DNA of 41,153 nt from an uncultured Pirellulales bacterium (GTDB lineage: Bacteria; Planctomycetota; Phycisphaerae; Sedimentisphaerales; Anaerobacaceae). A program made the position numbers and the translations under genes. Positions within the stretch are counted from its first letter, which is position 1, and each line of letters begins with the position of its first letter. Of the stretch, positions 17,501 to 24,749 are shown piece after piece. Location: positions 1 to 41,153 of the forward strand of contig CAYNQP010000001.1 of NCBI GenBank assembly GCA_964399325.1, written 5' to 3'. The notes under the pieces are model-generated. The model was given only the letters and a program-made list of their open reading frames with translations. It was not told where the DNA came from and did no database searches.

Positions 17501-17986
17501 CGACAGACAAAGCACGATGCAGCCCGCCAGGAGATAGCCGCGCCACTTCTCGACGGTCGAATCGAACGCGAAATCGCGCGAGACGGCGTCCACTTGCACA
17601 ACCAGTTGTCTCGCCAAGCCCTTCGAATACGGATAGTCAGCGCCCTTCTCGTAATACTCGACCGCCGCGACGAGCTGTTGGTCGAAGCTCTGCCTGTTTT
17701 CGACGTGGTTGGCTGCATGGCTGTAGCTCATGTCGCGCCGCAGCGTCCTGACGAGGTAGTAGGACAGCCCGGCCAGCAGGAGCACCAGCAGGACCAGAGC
17801 CAGCAATCGCCCGGAGGTGCCGAAGTGAGCGCGATGATCGATCAGGGCATAGAGGCCGATGTAGAGCGATATGCAGACCAGCCACAGCGCCGCGGTCTTC
17901 AGCACGCCGAGAGCCAGCAGCCAGCGCCGCACCTTTCCGACGCGGGCAATCAGATCGTTCAAAATGTAATCGACGAGGTCCGCCAT
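14579..17986 (-). CDS. Large membrane protein with coiled-coil and long Gln/Ser/Gly/Lys/Asp-rich disordered segment (DUF4175/TIGR02302-like by context)
   Basis: 1135 aa. Three N-terminal TM helices, a beta-rich middle section, a low-complexity segment of about 190 aa (SQSSSEGQSSGQESQKGEKGEKGQKSQKGQKSEK...), and a helical C-terminus. It occupies the position between the BatA-like and VWA genes that this family takes in MoxR/DUF58 clusters. Confidence 0.7.
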   Translation of the reverse strand: MADLVDYILNDLIARVGKVRRWLLALGVLKTAALWLVCISLYIGLYALIDHRAHFGTSGRLLALVLLVLLLAGLSYYLVRTLRRDMSYSHAANHVENRQSFDQQLVAAVEYYEKGADYPYSKGLARQLVVQVDAVSRDFAFDSTVEKWRGYLLAGCIVLCLSVVGVFVHQNIVYFSAYLSRLVRPFSAIAPVPTTILKSTTGDVVTAPNVPVTLVAEVEGRTPDSATLVLIRQRPTETNGVSPEQPQRIEIRPTVDADGRATFTATPAFDTLGDNTYRFETPDGCSETYAITVAQPPAIESVTALVSLPSENDRQTLPARTEKVEKRKLEVLPYSRVELRVRTTAPLREATISGLGEQPTVQALNGDQTFSVRLTADRPLSLTFGLVGAEGLANSDPQELRVVLKSDEPPQFKLRSPEGDCLATDVASIPIAFEITDDFGLDAAQLCCELPSGEPLVLDTNDPQGVKQARVSCTLELERYDLKVGDSVLFYAKARDVVTGQKRADANCSSDIYFVEIRPYRQYWHPQAGGGPSSTPGAVSDDLITVLEYTRAILKKTWALAQTPAIIERDRPKFEALCTDIEYCTATLAHLRDDPESKFDDSTTSTVNEVIELHTQAKRRLSMSDADGALPPERDAYRLLRKLIDELHMKWNPPDSGQSVPQEKPERITLQEKPDVETPQDQQRTENQLEKLQQKIDKLAREQKSLKADLTKSLQEQSQSSSEGQSSGQESQKGEKGEKGQKSQKGQKSEKDLEGTESGKDENQTAPQDDSSKTDASSNQAQGDAGQQGTGQEQTADSSGNSQGEGSQGQGQMGADQATEQNGASKGDASQQAQSDAAQPGSGKEQPASGSEGLQGQGQSRDKQTTASQGRPSSPGPGEASDAQSSANSQSGPGDSSADADARTRMLEARQKALREQASEVSDELGKMALPESSNHADVRNQAKQRIDKAVESMKAFEDKLGDLRYDPATSADKESQMTDLTDAAARELAEASQAIERGLSAGKPQTDAEKAEALAKQLAADADSLDESVSPEEREDMLERLKVAERVLDSMAGAQWATISGGGPGSSLVYTKAGAGNRAETARLMAQQFWSIAIQARNRQVRPVEDEPSDVEFFEVENEFFENAAKFKPPDDTR
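15734..15805 (-). repeat. Eight tandem 9-nt units (CTTCTSACC on the + strand) encoding (K/Q)-(G/S)-(E/Q) triplets
   Basis: Units: cttctcact cttctgacc cttttggct cttctgacc cttctcacc tttctcacc cttctgact ttcctgccc. They lie inside the low-complexity part of the 1135-aa ORF (KGEKGEKGQKSQKGQKSEK). Confidence 0.8.
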
Positions 17987-17999
17987 GTCCGACGTTCTC

Positions 18000-20048
18000 T
18001 CACCTCTTGAGCCTGTTCGCTAGGGCCGACTCCGACAACAACAGCAAGATGGCAGCCCATACGAACGTCTTCCAGATGGGTTTGCGCTCGATCTCAGCGC
18101 CGGCCTGCGCCACGGCTTGCCTCTTGTCTTTGTCTATCACAAACGTGCGCTGGATCGCGGCGGCGACAACCTCCGTTGCCGGCGCGGTCAGGTCGGTTTC
18201 GCCGTCGGGCAGATTGATCGGCGCGTATACTTCGGGCGCGTCCAGAGTCGTCATCCAGCCCGGGCCCGCGGGGGCAGGCATACGCAGGGTCGTGCCTTCA
18301 ACCCGCGCCGTTGCTCGGCGACCGTCGCAATTCTCCACGGCTAACTGCGCCATCGAGCTCGCCTCGGGCAGATACAGCACGGGACGCTCGGCGGTGGAAA
18401 AGCAGAACTGCCGCATCTGGTCGCTCTGGCCCAGCAGGTACCGGCAAAACGCGACCCACGCCCGCGATTTGGCGAGCAATCCCAGCGAGTCGTCGATGCT
18501 GGTGTTGACAAACACGCAAAGCCCCTGGTCCAGGGACTTGCCATAGATGAAGCCCACGCCGGTGGCGAATCGCCAGATGCACCGGGCGTCAGGGTCCATC
18601 CGGCATTGCCATGCGCCCTTGACCGCGATCTTGTCCAGTCCGTAGTTGGCAAGTGACAAGGCCGCTCGCTCATCGAAGTCAAACCACTCCCGCGCGTAGG
18701 GCTGGGGTTGGAGGTAGGCCGTCTCAGCGATCCATCTGTCCGGCCGCGCCGGCAGAAGGCGAGCCCGCCACAAGGGCTGGACCGCCTCCGAATCCTGGAC
18801 GTGCGTCGCAAAGCAAATGAGCTTGCCGCCCGCGCGGAGATACTGCTCGATGTTGACGGGGCTGCACGTTGGGCCGCGAGGCGGGGACGAGAAGACGGCG
18901 ACATTCGCCCATACCAGATCGCTGAAGGCAAGACGGTCCGCCGTCACCTTCCTGAGATTGGCTTTGTCCAGGCGACCCTGCTCCGACAGCGCCTCGATGG
19001 CGGTCTCGAACAGGAATGTCTCGTCGTCGTCGTGAACCAGGAGTATGTTCATCCTCCTGACGGGAGGCATGTAGGCCGCGACACGATAGGTATCATCCTC
19101 GGCAAGACCGTCCTGCGGCGAGAGGCTCAACTCGATGGGCAGGTATGCCTGCGACGACCGGCCGAGTCTTGGCCCCAGGTTGATCTGTACTCGGGAAACG
19201 CTGCGTCGTTGCGGCGGCAGATTCAGTTCGAGGAAGACGGGATCGATATCGGCGGCTTGGGCCGTCAGCGTGCGTTGCTGTTCGACGTTTCCGTAGTTCG
19301 CGACCGTGACATCGATGTTGAGTTGGTTCTCGGTCACATCGGCAAGGTGGGCGCCGACAATCGCGGCGTTATCAATCGGCTCGGATGCGACGATAGGTTC
19401 GTATTGCACGTCGTCCACCGCGGCCGGCTGTGGAATTCGCTCGAACTCTGCGAGAACGCTGGGCGAGAAATCGCTGAAGACGGTGGCCGTCAGCGTATCC
19501 GTCTCCGAGACGGTGTGACTTGCCTGCCGCAGCGCGGAGAAGAAATCCGCCAGGGCGACACTCTTGGGGACCGGTTTCAACTTCTTGATCTCCGCGCTGG
19601 TCTGGCCCTTGTTCAGATCGTAAACGGACCGGCCCGAGGCCAGGGCGCAAACACTGAATACACTATCGTCCGACGCTCCCCGCACGCGCTCGAGAGCCGC
19701 ATCCGTCATGCGCTCGAACAGGGTTTTGTCTCCATCCCGATAGGCCATGGACATCGAGTCGTCCAGGGCCAGGTAGTGAATCGACCGATGCTCCTGCGGC
19801 TTGGGCCTGACGTGCAGCACGGGCCGCGCGAACAGCAGCGCGATCAAGACGATAGCCGCACAGCGCAGCAGCAGGATGAGCAGGTCGCGAAGTCGCCGGC
19901 GCGAGTGACTTTCGCGCTGGCCGCTGCGGAGAAAACGCAGCATCGTGAACGGAACACGGCGAAAACGCGGCTTGGACAGCAAGTGCGCGGCTATCGGCCC
20001 GACGATCGCCAGGGCCCCGAACAGGAAAGTCCATCCCAGGAAGCTCAC
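18000..20048 (-). CDS. BatA-domain (N-terminal double-transmembrane, TIGR02226-like) protein with VWA-type MIDAS
   Basis: 682 aa. (GTG)SFLGWTFLFGALAIVGPIAAHLLSKPRFRRVPFTMLRFL is the BatA N-terminal signature. MIDAS-like ALDDSMSMA. C-terminal TM helix. The GTG start overlaps the DUF58 stop (GTGA, 20045-20048). Confidence 0.8.
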   Translation of the reverse strand: MSFLGWTFLFGALAIVGPIAAHLLSKPRFRRVPFTMLRFLRSGQRESHSRRRLRDLLILLLRCAAIVLIALLFARPVLHVRPKPQEHRSIHYLALDDSMSMAYRDGDKTLFERMTDAALERVRGASDDSVFSVCALASGRSVYDLNKGQTSAEIKKLKPVPKSVALADFFSALRQASHTVSETDTLTATVFSDFSPSVLAEFERIPQPAAVDDVQYEPIVASEPIDNAAIVGAHLADVTENQLNIDVTVANYGNVEQQRTLTAQAADIDPVFLELNLPPQRRSVSRVQINLGPRLGRSSQAYLPIELSLSPQDGLAEDDTYRVAAYMPPVRRMNILLVHDDDETFLFETAIEALSEQGRLDKANLRKVTADRLAFSDLVWANVAVFSSPPRGPTCSPVNIEQYLRAGGKLICFATHVQDSEAVQPLWRARLLPARPDRWIAETAYLQPQPYAREWFDFDERAALSLANYGLDKIAVKGAWQCRMDPDARCIWRFATGVGFIYGKSLDQGLCVFVNTSIDDSLGLLAKSRAWVAFCRYLLGQSDQMRQFCFSTAERPVLYLPEASSMAQLAVENCDGRRATARVEGTTLRMPAPAGPGWMTTLDAPEVYAPINLPDGETDLTAPATEVVAAAIQRTFVIDKDKRQAVAQAGAEIERKPIWKTFVWAAILLLLSESALANRLKR

Positions 20049-20941
20049 CTCAGCCTCCTGCGCTTGACCAGATAGGCGATGAAAGCCCTGTCGAGCGGCT
20101 CGGACGTGTCGAGCAAGCAGTAGTCGATCTTGCTGTTGCCGAGGGTCTTCTTCACCTCATCGAGGAACGCGCCGACGCGCTGGCGGTACCCGGATTGAAT
20201 CGATTGCGGGAAGGCCCGCATCTTGTCCTTGGACTCCAGGTCCTCGAATTGGATCAGACCCTTGTAGTCCAGATTCAACTCCTGGTGGTCCATCACGTGA
20301 AACACGATGACGTCGTGCTTGAGAAACTTCAGATGGGCCAGGCCCTTGAAGATATCGTTCTCGTCGTCGAGCAAGTCCGAGATCAGCACGATCAGCCCGC
20401 GTCGTTTTGTGGTATCCGCCACGGTGTGGAGGATGCCGGCCAGGTTGGTGCCGCCCGAGACCGTATGACGATCCAGAGCGGTGAGAATGGCGTTCAGATG
20501 GGTCCGTCTGGAGGCGGGCGGGATCTGCGCCGTAATGCGCTCGGCGAACGAAATGAGTCCCGCGCTGTCACTCTGGCCAAGCATCAGGTAACTCAGCGCC
20601 GCCGCCAAATAGGAGGCGTAGTCGATTTTACGCACCGCGCCGCCACCGAATGACATACTCCGGCTCGTATCGAGCAGAATATAAATGGTGGTGTTCGTCT
20701 CTTGCTGGAACCGCTTGATATAGAGCCGGTCGCTGCGGGCGAAGATCTTCCAATCCACGAACTTCATCTCGTCGCCCTGGTGGTACTCCCGGTGGTCGCT
20801 GTACTCGACACTGAAGCCCTGAAAGGGACTCGGGTGCAGACCCGAGAAGAAACCTTCGACCGCACAGCGGGCCACGAGTTCCATGTTGGCCAGCTTGCTC
20901 AGGAAGATCGGATCGAGATATTCGCGTGTGGACGTTGCCAT
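20045..20941 (-). CDS. DUF58-domain protein (VWA-like MoxR partner)
   Basis: 298 aa: GLHPSPFQGFSVEYSDHREYHQGDEMKFVDWKIFARSDRLYIKRFQQETN..IYILLDTSRSMSFGG. Confidence 0.9.
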   Translation of the reverse strand: MATSTREYLDPIFLSKLANMELVARCAVEGFFSGLHPSPFQGFSVEYSDHREYHQGDEMKFVDWKIFARSDRLYIKRFQQETNTTIYILLDTSRSMSFGGGAVRKIDYASYLAAALSYLMLGQSDSAGLISFAERITAQIPPASRRTHLNAILTALDRHTVSGGTNLAGILHTVADTTKRRGLIVLISDLLDDENDIFKGLAHLKFLKHDVIVFHVMDHQELNLDYKGLIQFEDLESKDKMRAFPQSIQSGYRQRVGAFLDEVKKTLGNSKIDYCLLDTSEPLDRAFIAYLVKRRRLR

Positions 20942-20958
20942 AGTTCTTCGCGCAGCGG

Positions 20959-20990
20959 TATAGGTCGTATAAGTCCTATAGGACCTATGG
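20959..20990 (-). repeat. ATAGGWC-type leader motif, copy 1 (contains the perfect 12-bp palindrome GTCCTATAGGAC at 20973-20984)
   Basis: TATAGGTCGTATAAGTCCTATAGGACCTATGG lies 17 nt upstream of the DUF58 start codon. I counted 22 of 30 positions identical to 40724-40755, in the same orientation relative to the downstream minus-strand gene. Confidence 0.6.
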
Positions 20991-21013
20991 CATTGGGTGC
21001 AATGTACCCAATG
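20991..21013 (-). other. Intercistronic stem-loop between moxR and the DUF58 gene
   Basis: CATTGGGT-gcaatgt-ACCCAATG: an 8-bp perfect stem with a 7-nt loop, beginning 4 nt after the MoxR stop codon. Confidence 0.5.
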
Positions 21014-21016
21014 CGA

Positions 21017-22090
21017 TCATTTTGGCACTGGCACTCTCTCCACAAGATCGTCGAGAATCGCCTCGATACTGATCGCATCAGCCTCGGCGTTGAAGTTCGG
21101 GATGACGCGATGGCGCAGCACGAGCTTGCTCACTGCCTTGACGTCGTCGAAGCTCGGCGTAATGCGCCCGTGGATCAGCGCCAGCGCCTTGGCGCCGAGG
21201 GTCATAAACTGGCCGGAGCGAGGGCCGCCTCCCCATTTCAGATACTTCTTCACCATCGGCGTGGCGGACGGATCGGTCGGCCGGGTGGCCCGCACCAGCC
21301 GGATGCAGTAGGCGACGACCATTTCGCTGACCGGCGCCATGCGGACGATCTCCTGGAACAGGACCATATCATCCGCACTCAGAACGCTCTCGATGCTGTG
21401 CTTCTTGCCAGTGGTGGTCTGCTTGACCATCAGATGTTCTTCTTTGGCCGTCGGGTACTCGATGTAGATCATGAACATGAACCGGTCGAGCGCCGCTTCA
21501 GGAAGCGGGTATGTGCCTTCCTGTTCGATCGGGTTCTGCGTGGCCAGCACGAAGAACGGCTGTTCGAGCTTGTACGTCTTGCCCGAGATGGTGACTTCCC
21601 GCTCCTGCATCGCCTGCAACAGGGCGGCCTGCGTTTTGGGCGGGGTGCGGTTGATCTCATCGGCCAGTACGATATTGGCGAAAATCGGGCCTCGGACGAA
21701 CTCGAATTTCCGCTGTTTCGACTGGGGATCTCGCTGGATGATGTCGGCCCCGGTGATGTCGGAGGGCATCAGGTCGGGCGTGAACTGGATGCGGTTGAAG
21801 CCCAGGCTCATCGCGTCGGCAATGGAGTGGACCATCAAGGTCTTGGCCAGCCCCGGAACGCCTTGCACGATACAATGGCCCCCGGCCAGCATGCAGCAGA
21901 GCGTTGAGTCGATGACCTTGTCCTGCCCGACGATGACGCGATGCACCTGCTGCTTCAGCCGGGCGTAGCCATCGTGGAGCTTGGCTATCAGATGCTCGTG
22001 GTTGCTGCTGGCGGAGTCCGGTGCCGAAGGCCCTCTGCGACCGCTTGTTACGTCGGCACTTTCTGCGTGAATTCTATTACTCGACGACAT
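21017..22090 (-). CDS. moxR: MoxR-family AAA+ ATPase
   Basis: 357 aa. VIVGQDKVIDSTLCCMLAGGHCIVQGVPGLAKT (Walker A), ADEINRTPPKTQAALLQAMQE (Walker B and sensor), ...FFVLATQNPIEQEGTYPLPEAALDRF. GAGGTGG RBS. Confidence 0.95.
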   Translation of the reverse strand: MSSSNRIHAESADVTSGRRGPSAPDSASSNHEHLIAKLHDGYARLKQQVHRVIVGQDKVIDSTLCCMLAGGHCIVQGVPGLAKTLMVHSIADAMSLGFNRIQFTPDLMPSDITGADIIQRDPQSKQRKFEFVRGPIFANIVLADEINRTPPKTQAALLQAMQEREVTISGKTYKLEQPFFVLATQNPIEQEGTYPLPEAALDRFMFMIYIEYPTAKEEHLMVKQTTTGKKHSIESVLSADDMVLFQEIVRMAPVSEMVVAYCIRLVRATRPTDPSATPMVKKYLKWGGGPRSGQFMTLGAKALALIHGRITPSFDDVKAVSKLVLRHRVIPNFNAEADAISIEAILDDLVERVPVPK

Positions 22091-22248
22091 AGGTTAAGAC
22101 CACCTCATTTGAGCCAGACCGTTCGGTTCTCCACTTGAAGGACGCAATGACACAGCCAAAGTTACAAAAATCAAGTCTCTGCGCCGCAGAATCGTGGGTT
22201 TTCAGCGCCTGGCGTACACCTTGCGCGCCCTGCTGGCGATATCCCCTC

Positions 22249-23436
22249 TTACTCCTCCAACACAAGGATGGCTCCATCGCCCGGTGCAATGGCGAACCGC
22301 GTCGCCGTGCGGCCGGTCAGTGAGTCTTTCGCAGGCTGGTCGAGCTTGACCTCGTAGACCCCGGCTGCCCCAGGTAGATTGACCACCACTAGCGCCCTTT
22401 CGTAGCGTCTCTGCCATGTGTAGGGACCGAGCTTCTCGCCGGGTGCCGTCGGCAGGCCGATCTTGACGTCGTATTCGCCGTACCAGTCGTGGTGGTGACT
22501 CGTGTTGTCCGAGAACAGGTAGTAGAAATCCCCTATGGCCAGGGCATAGCACAGGCTCCAGCGGCGTCCCTGCGGATCGGCAGGGGGCTTCTTTCCCCGG
22601 TTGGGGTCGCTCGGCCAGCCGGCGCGCGAGCCGGTCTCCTCGAACCGCTCGATCAGGCTGATCTTCGGCTCGCGCAGCAGCGACTGCGTGTGCTGCATTT
22701 TGGCGGTGCACTCCTCCCATTCGGTGCGCTCGTGGCTCCAGCCCGATTCGTACATCATCCCGTTCAGGTAAGGGGCGGCGAAATCGTGCCGGCCCACGGC
22801 GTAGCCGGCGTTGGCCAGGAGCAGAAAATCGTCGCCGACGGCCTGGCGCACTTCCTTGAGGAACGCCACCCAGGGTTGAGGCTCGTCCCGCAGATTGTCG
22901 TAGAAGACGCCGTCGAAACCGATCTGCTCCAGCGCTGCCGTGAGCTTGACCACATGGTGCCGGTACTCGGCGTTGGACCAGTCCATCCGATACGTCCCCG
23001 GCCAGAACTGCTGCCGCCGCCCATTCTGGCGGAGCCACCACGGATGGTCGTCCGGAAGCCAGGTTTCGCGATACTCGTAGAAATAGAGCTCTGCAAGAAT
23101 AGGCGCATCCGGATTGAGTTGTCGCATCTCGGCGATGCGCTGCTGGGCCCGTGCGATCGATTCGGCCGTGAAACCCTCCGCCAACCCCGTTGGTTGCCTG
23201 TCATACGTCAAGCCAAAGCCACCGACCCCCGCCATGATCAGATCGTGCCGCGCCATGTTCGCCACCGACTGCTCGCCCCGGATGCCGGACCAGAGCATGG
23301 CAATCCGCGGATAGGGCACCCTGGCAAACTCGGGCTCGGCCTTGTTCTCGGTGCCGAGCAGGCCGCTGCAGAGCAGCGTGGCCGAGAGCAGAAGACTGCA
23401 TGTGCCCATACGTTTGCCGCTGAACTGAATGGCCAT
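22249..23436 (-). CDS. Secreted TIM-barrel-like putative glycoside hydrolase (GHL15-like)
   Basis: 395 aa. Signal peptide MAIQFSGKRMGTCSLLLSATLLCSG. Also ...WSNAEYRHHVVKLTAALEQIGFDGVFYDNL... and ...LLLANAGY...YLNGMMYESGW, which resemble the hypothetical glycosyl-hydrolase-like family 15. AAGGAGG RBS. Confidence 0.6.
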   Translation of the reverse strand: MAIQFSGKRMGTCSLLLSATLLCSGLLGTENKAEPEFARVPYPRIAMLWSGIRGEQSVANMARHDLIMAGVGGFGLTYDRQPTGLAEGFTAESIARAQQRIAEMRQLNPDAPILAELYFYEYRETWLPDDHPWWLRQNGRRQQFWPGTYRMDWSNAEYRHHVVKLTAALEQIGFDGVFYDNLRDEPQPWVAFLKEVRQAVGDDFLLLANAGYAVGRHDFAAPYLNGMMYESGWSHERTEWEECTAKMQHTQSLLREPKISLIERFEETGSRAGWPSDPNRGKKPPADPQGRRWSLCYALAIGDFYYLFSDNTSHHHDWYGEYDVKIGLPTAPGEKLGPYTWQRRYERALVVVNLPGAAGVYEVKLDQPAKDSLTGRTATRFAIAPGDGAILVLEE

Positions 23437-23534
23437 CGAAACCTCCTTTTTCCTATTGCGGCTCGCCGTTCATCATACCCTCGTTCCCATCGGCGTCAAC
23501 GAACTGGACTGTCCCAAGACCGCGTGAAATTGGA

Positions 23535-23563
23535 TTGACAGCGATCTTTCGCCTCAGTACGCT
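23535..23563 (+). promoter_or_regulatory. Sigma70-like promoter candidate TTGACA-N17-TACGCT, copy 1 of a shared roughly 47-nt element
   Basis: ATTGACAGCGAT...GTACGCTGCTCGGC lies about 220 nt upstream of the HlyD-like start. The same two blocks recur at 26825-26862. Confidence 0.4.
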
Positions 23564-23785
23564 GCTCGGCCTGGTGCGGGCCGTCGTTCGTAGTGTGCCC
23601 GTAAGGGCATACGCACCCGTGGCGTCTGCAAATAGCCCCGTTCTGTCCCGAAGCGCGGGAGTTAGTACAGGCGCTGTTCTCCATACCCTTACAGGCACCG
23701 TCACAAGCGGACCATCCTTGACGGGGCAACGACTTGCGGTCATAACTGACGGATGGTCAGCACAGGAGATAGTGGGGTAGAAACG

Positions 23786-24746
23786 ATGACGGATCGCCGC
23801 AGGTCGCACGTGTTCGGCAGAGTGGTGTTTCATCTTGGCGTGGCGGTCGCGGCACTGTGCGCTCTGGCCGGTTGCCGCCGAGAGGCTCCGAACCATGTGC
23901 AGGGCTATGTCGAGGGGCAGTTCGTCTACATCGCGTCGCCTCTGGCCGGGACGTTGGAGGCACTGGACGCCCGACGGGGCGCGCGGGTGGAAGCGGGCGA
24001 GCCGCTGTTCGCACTGGAGAGCGAGCCGCAGCGGATTGCGTGCGACGAGGCGGCCCGACGGCTGGCGCAGGCCCGCGCAACTCTCGGAGATCGAGGCCGT
24101 CGAGGCACAGCTTCAGCAGGCCCGTGTCGCGCTGACGCTGGCGGAGAAGGAGCTCGTGCGGCAGAAGGAGCTCTCGCAAACCGAAGCGACCACGGCGCAG
24201 GATCTCGACCGAACCCGCGCCGCGTACGACCAAAATCGCCAGCGAGTGGCACAGCTCACGGCGGATCTGGAAACGGCCCGGCTCGGCTCGCGCCAGGACC
24301 AGATCGTCGCGGCCCAGGCCAACGTGGAGGCCCTGGAGGCGGCGCTGGCCGGGACCCAGTGGAACCTCTCGCAGACTCGCCAGGCCGCGCCGCAGGCCAG
24401 CCTGGTCTTCGACACCCTCTACCGTCGGGGTGAATGGGTCCCCGCGGGTCGGCCCGTCGTCATGCTGCTGCCGCCGGAGAACATCAAGGTCCGTGCGTTC
24501 GTATCCGAGATGCGCGTGGGCACGATTCAGCCCGGCGACGCGGTGCGGGTCATGGTGGACGGGTTGCCGGGGCCGGTCGCCGGCAGAGTCAGCTTCATCT
24601 CTCCGCGGGCGGAATACACTCCCCCGGTGATCTACAGCCGTCAGGGCCGCAGCAAGCTGGTTTTTCTGGTTGAGGCAGCCTTCGATCCCAATGTGGCTGC
24701 CGACCTCCATCCGGGCCAGCCGGTGGATGTGGAATTCGGTCCCTGA
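23786..24746 (+). pseudogene. HlyD-family membrane-fusion/periplasmic adaptor lipoprotein, reading frame broken near 24072-24086
   Basis: The N-terminal part is in frame 2: MTDRRR...LCALAGC (lipobox)...VQGYVEGQFVYIASPLAGTLEALDARRGARVEAGEPLFALESEPQRIACDEAARRLAQARA. The rest is in frame 0: LSEIEAVEAQLQQARVALTLAEKELVRQKEL...IKVRAFVSE...GRVSFISPRAEYTPPVIYS...VDVEFGP*. The usual x-L-x-x-G-x-R linker between the two parts is missing. An ATG at 23753 is an alternative start. Confidence 0.7.
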
Positions 24747-24749
24747 CAC

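Noticed and set aside
16883-21907. Plus-strand ORFs of 375, 455 and 401 aa (16883-18010, 18708-20075, 20702-21907) antisense to the MoxR operon
   Set aside because: The minus-strand genes have unambiguous MoxR, DUF58 and BatA signatures and translational coupling. The plus-strand translations are compositionally biased and motif-free.
22091-22248. Promoter for the MoxR operon (for example TTGATT or TTGTAA hexamers on the minus strand)
   Set aside because: No hexamer pair with convincing spacing and a convincing -10 could be identified by eye. Not reported as a feature.
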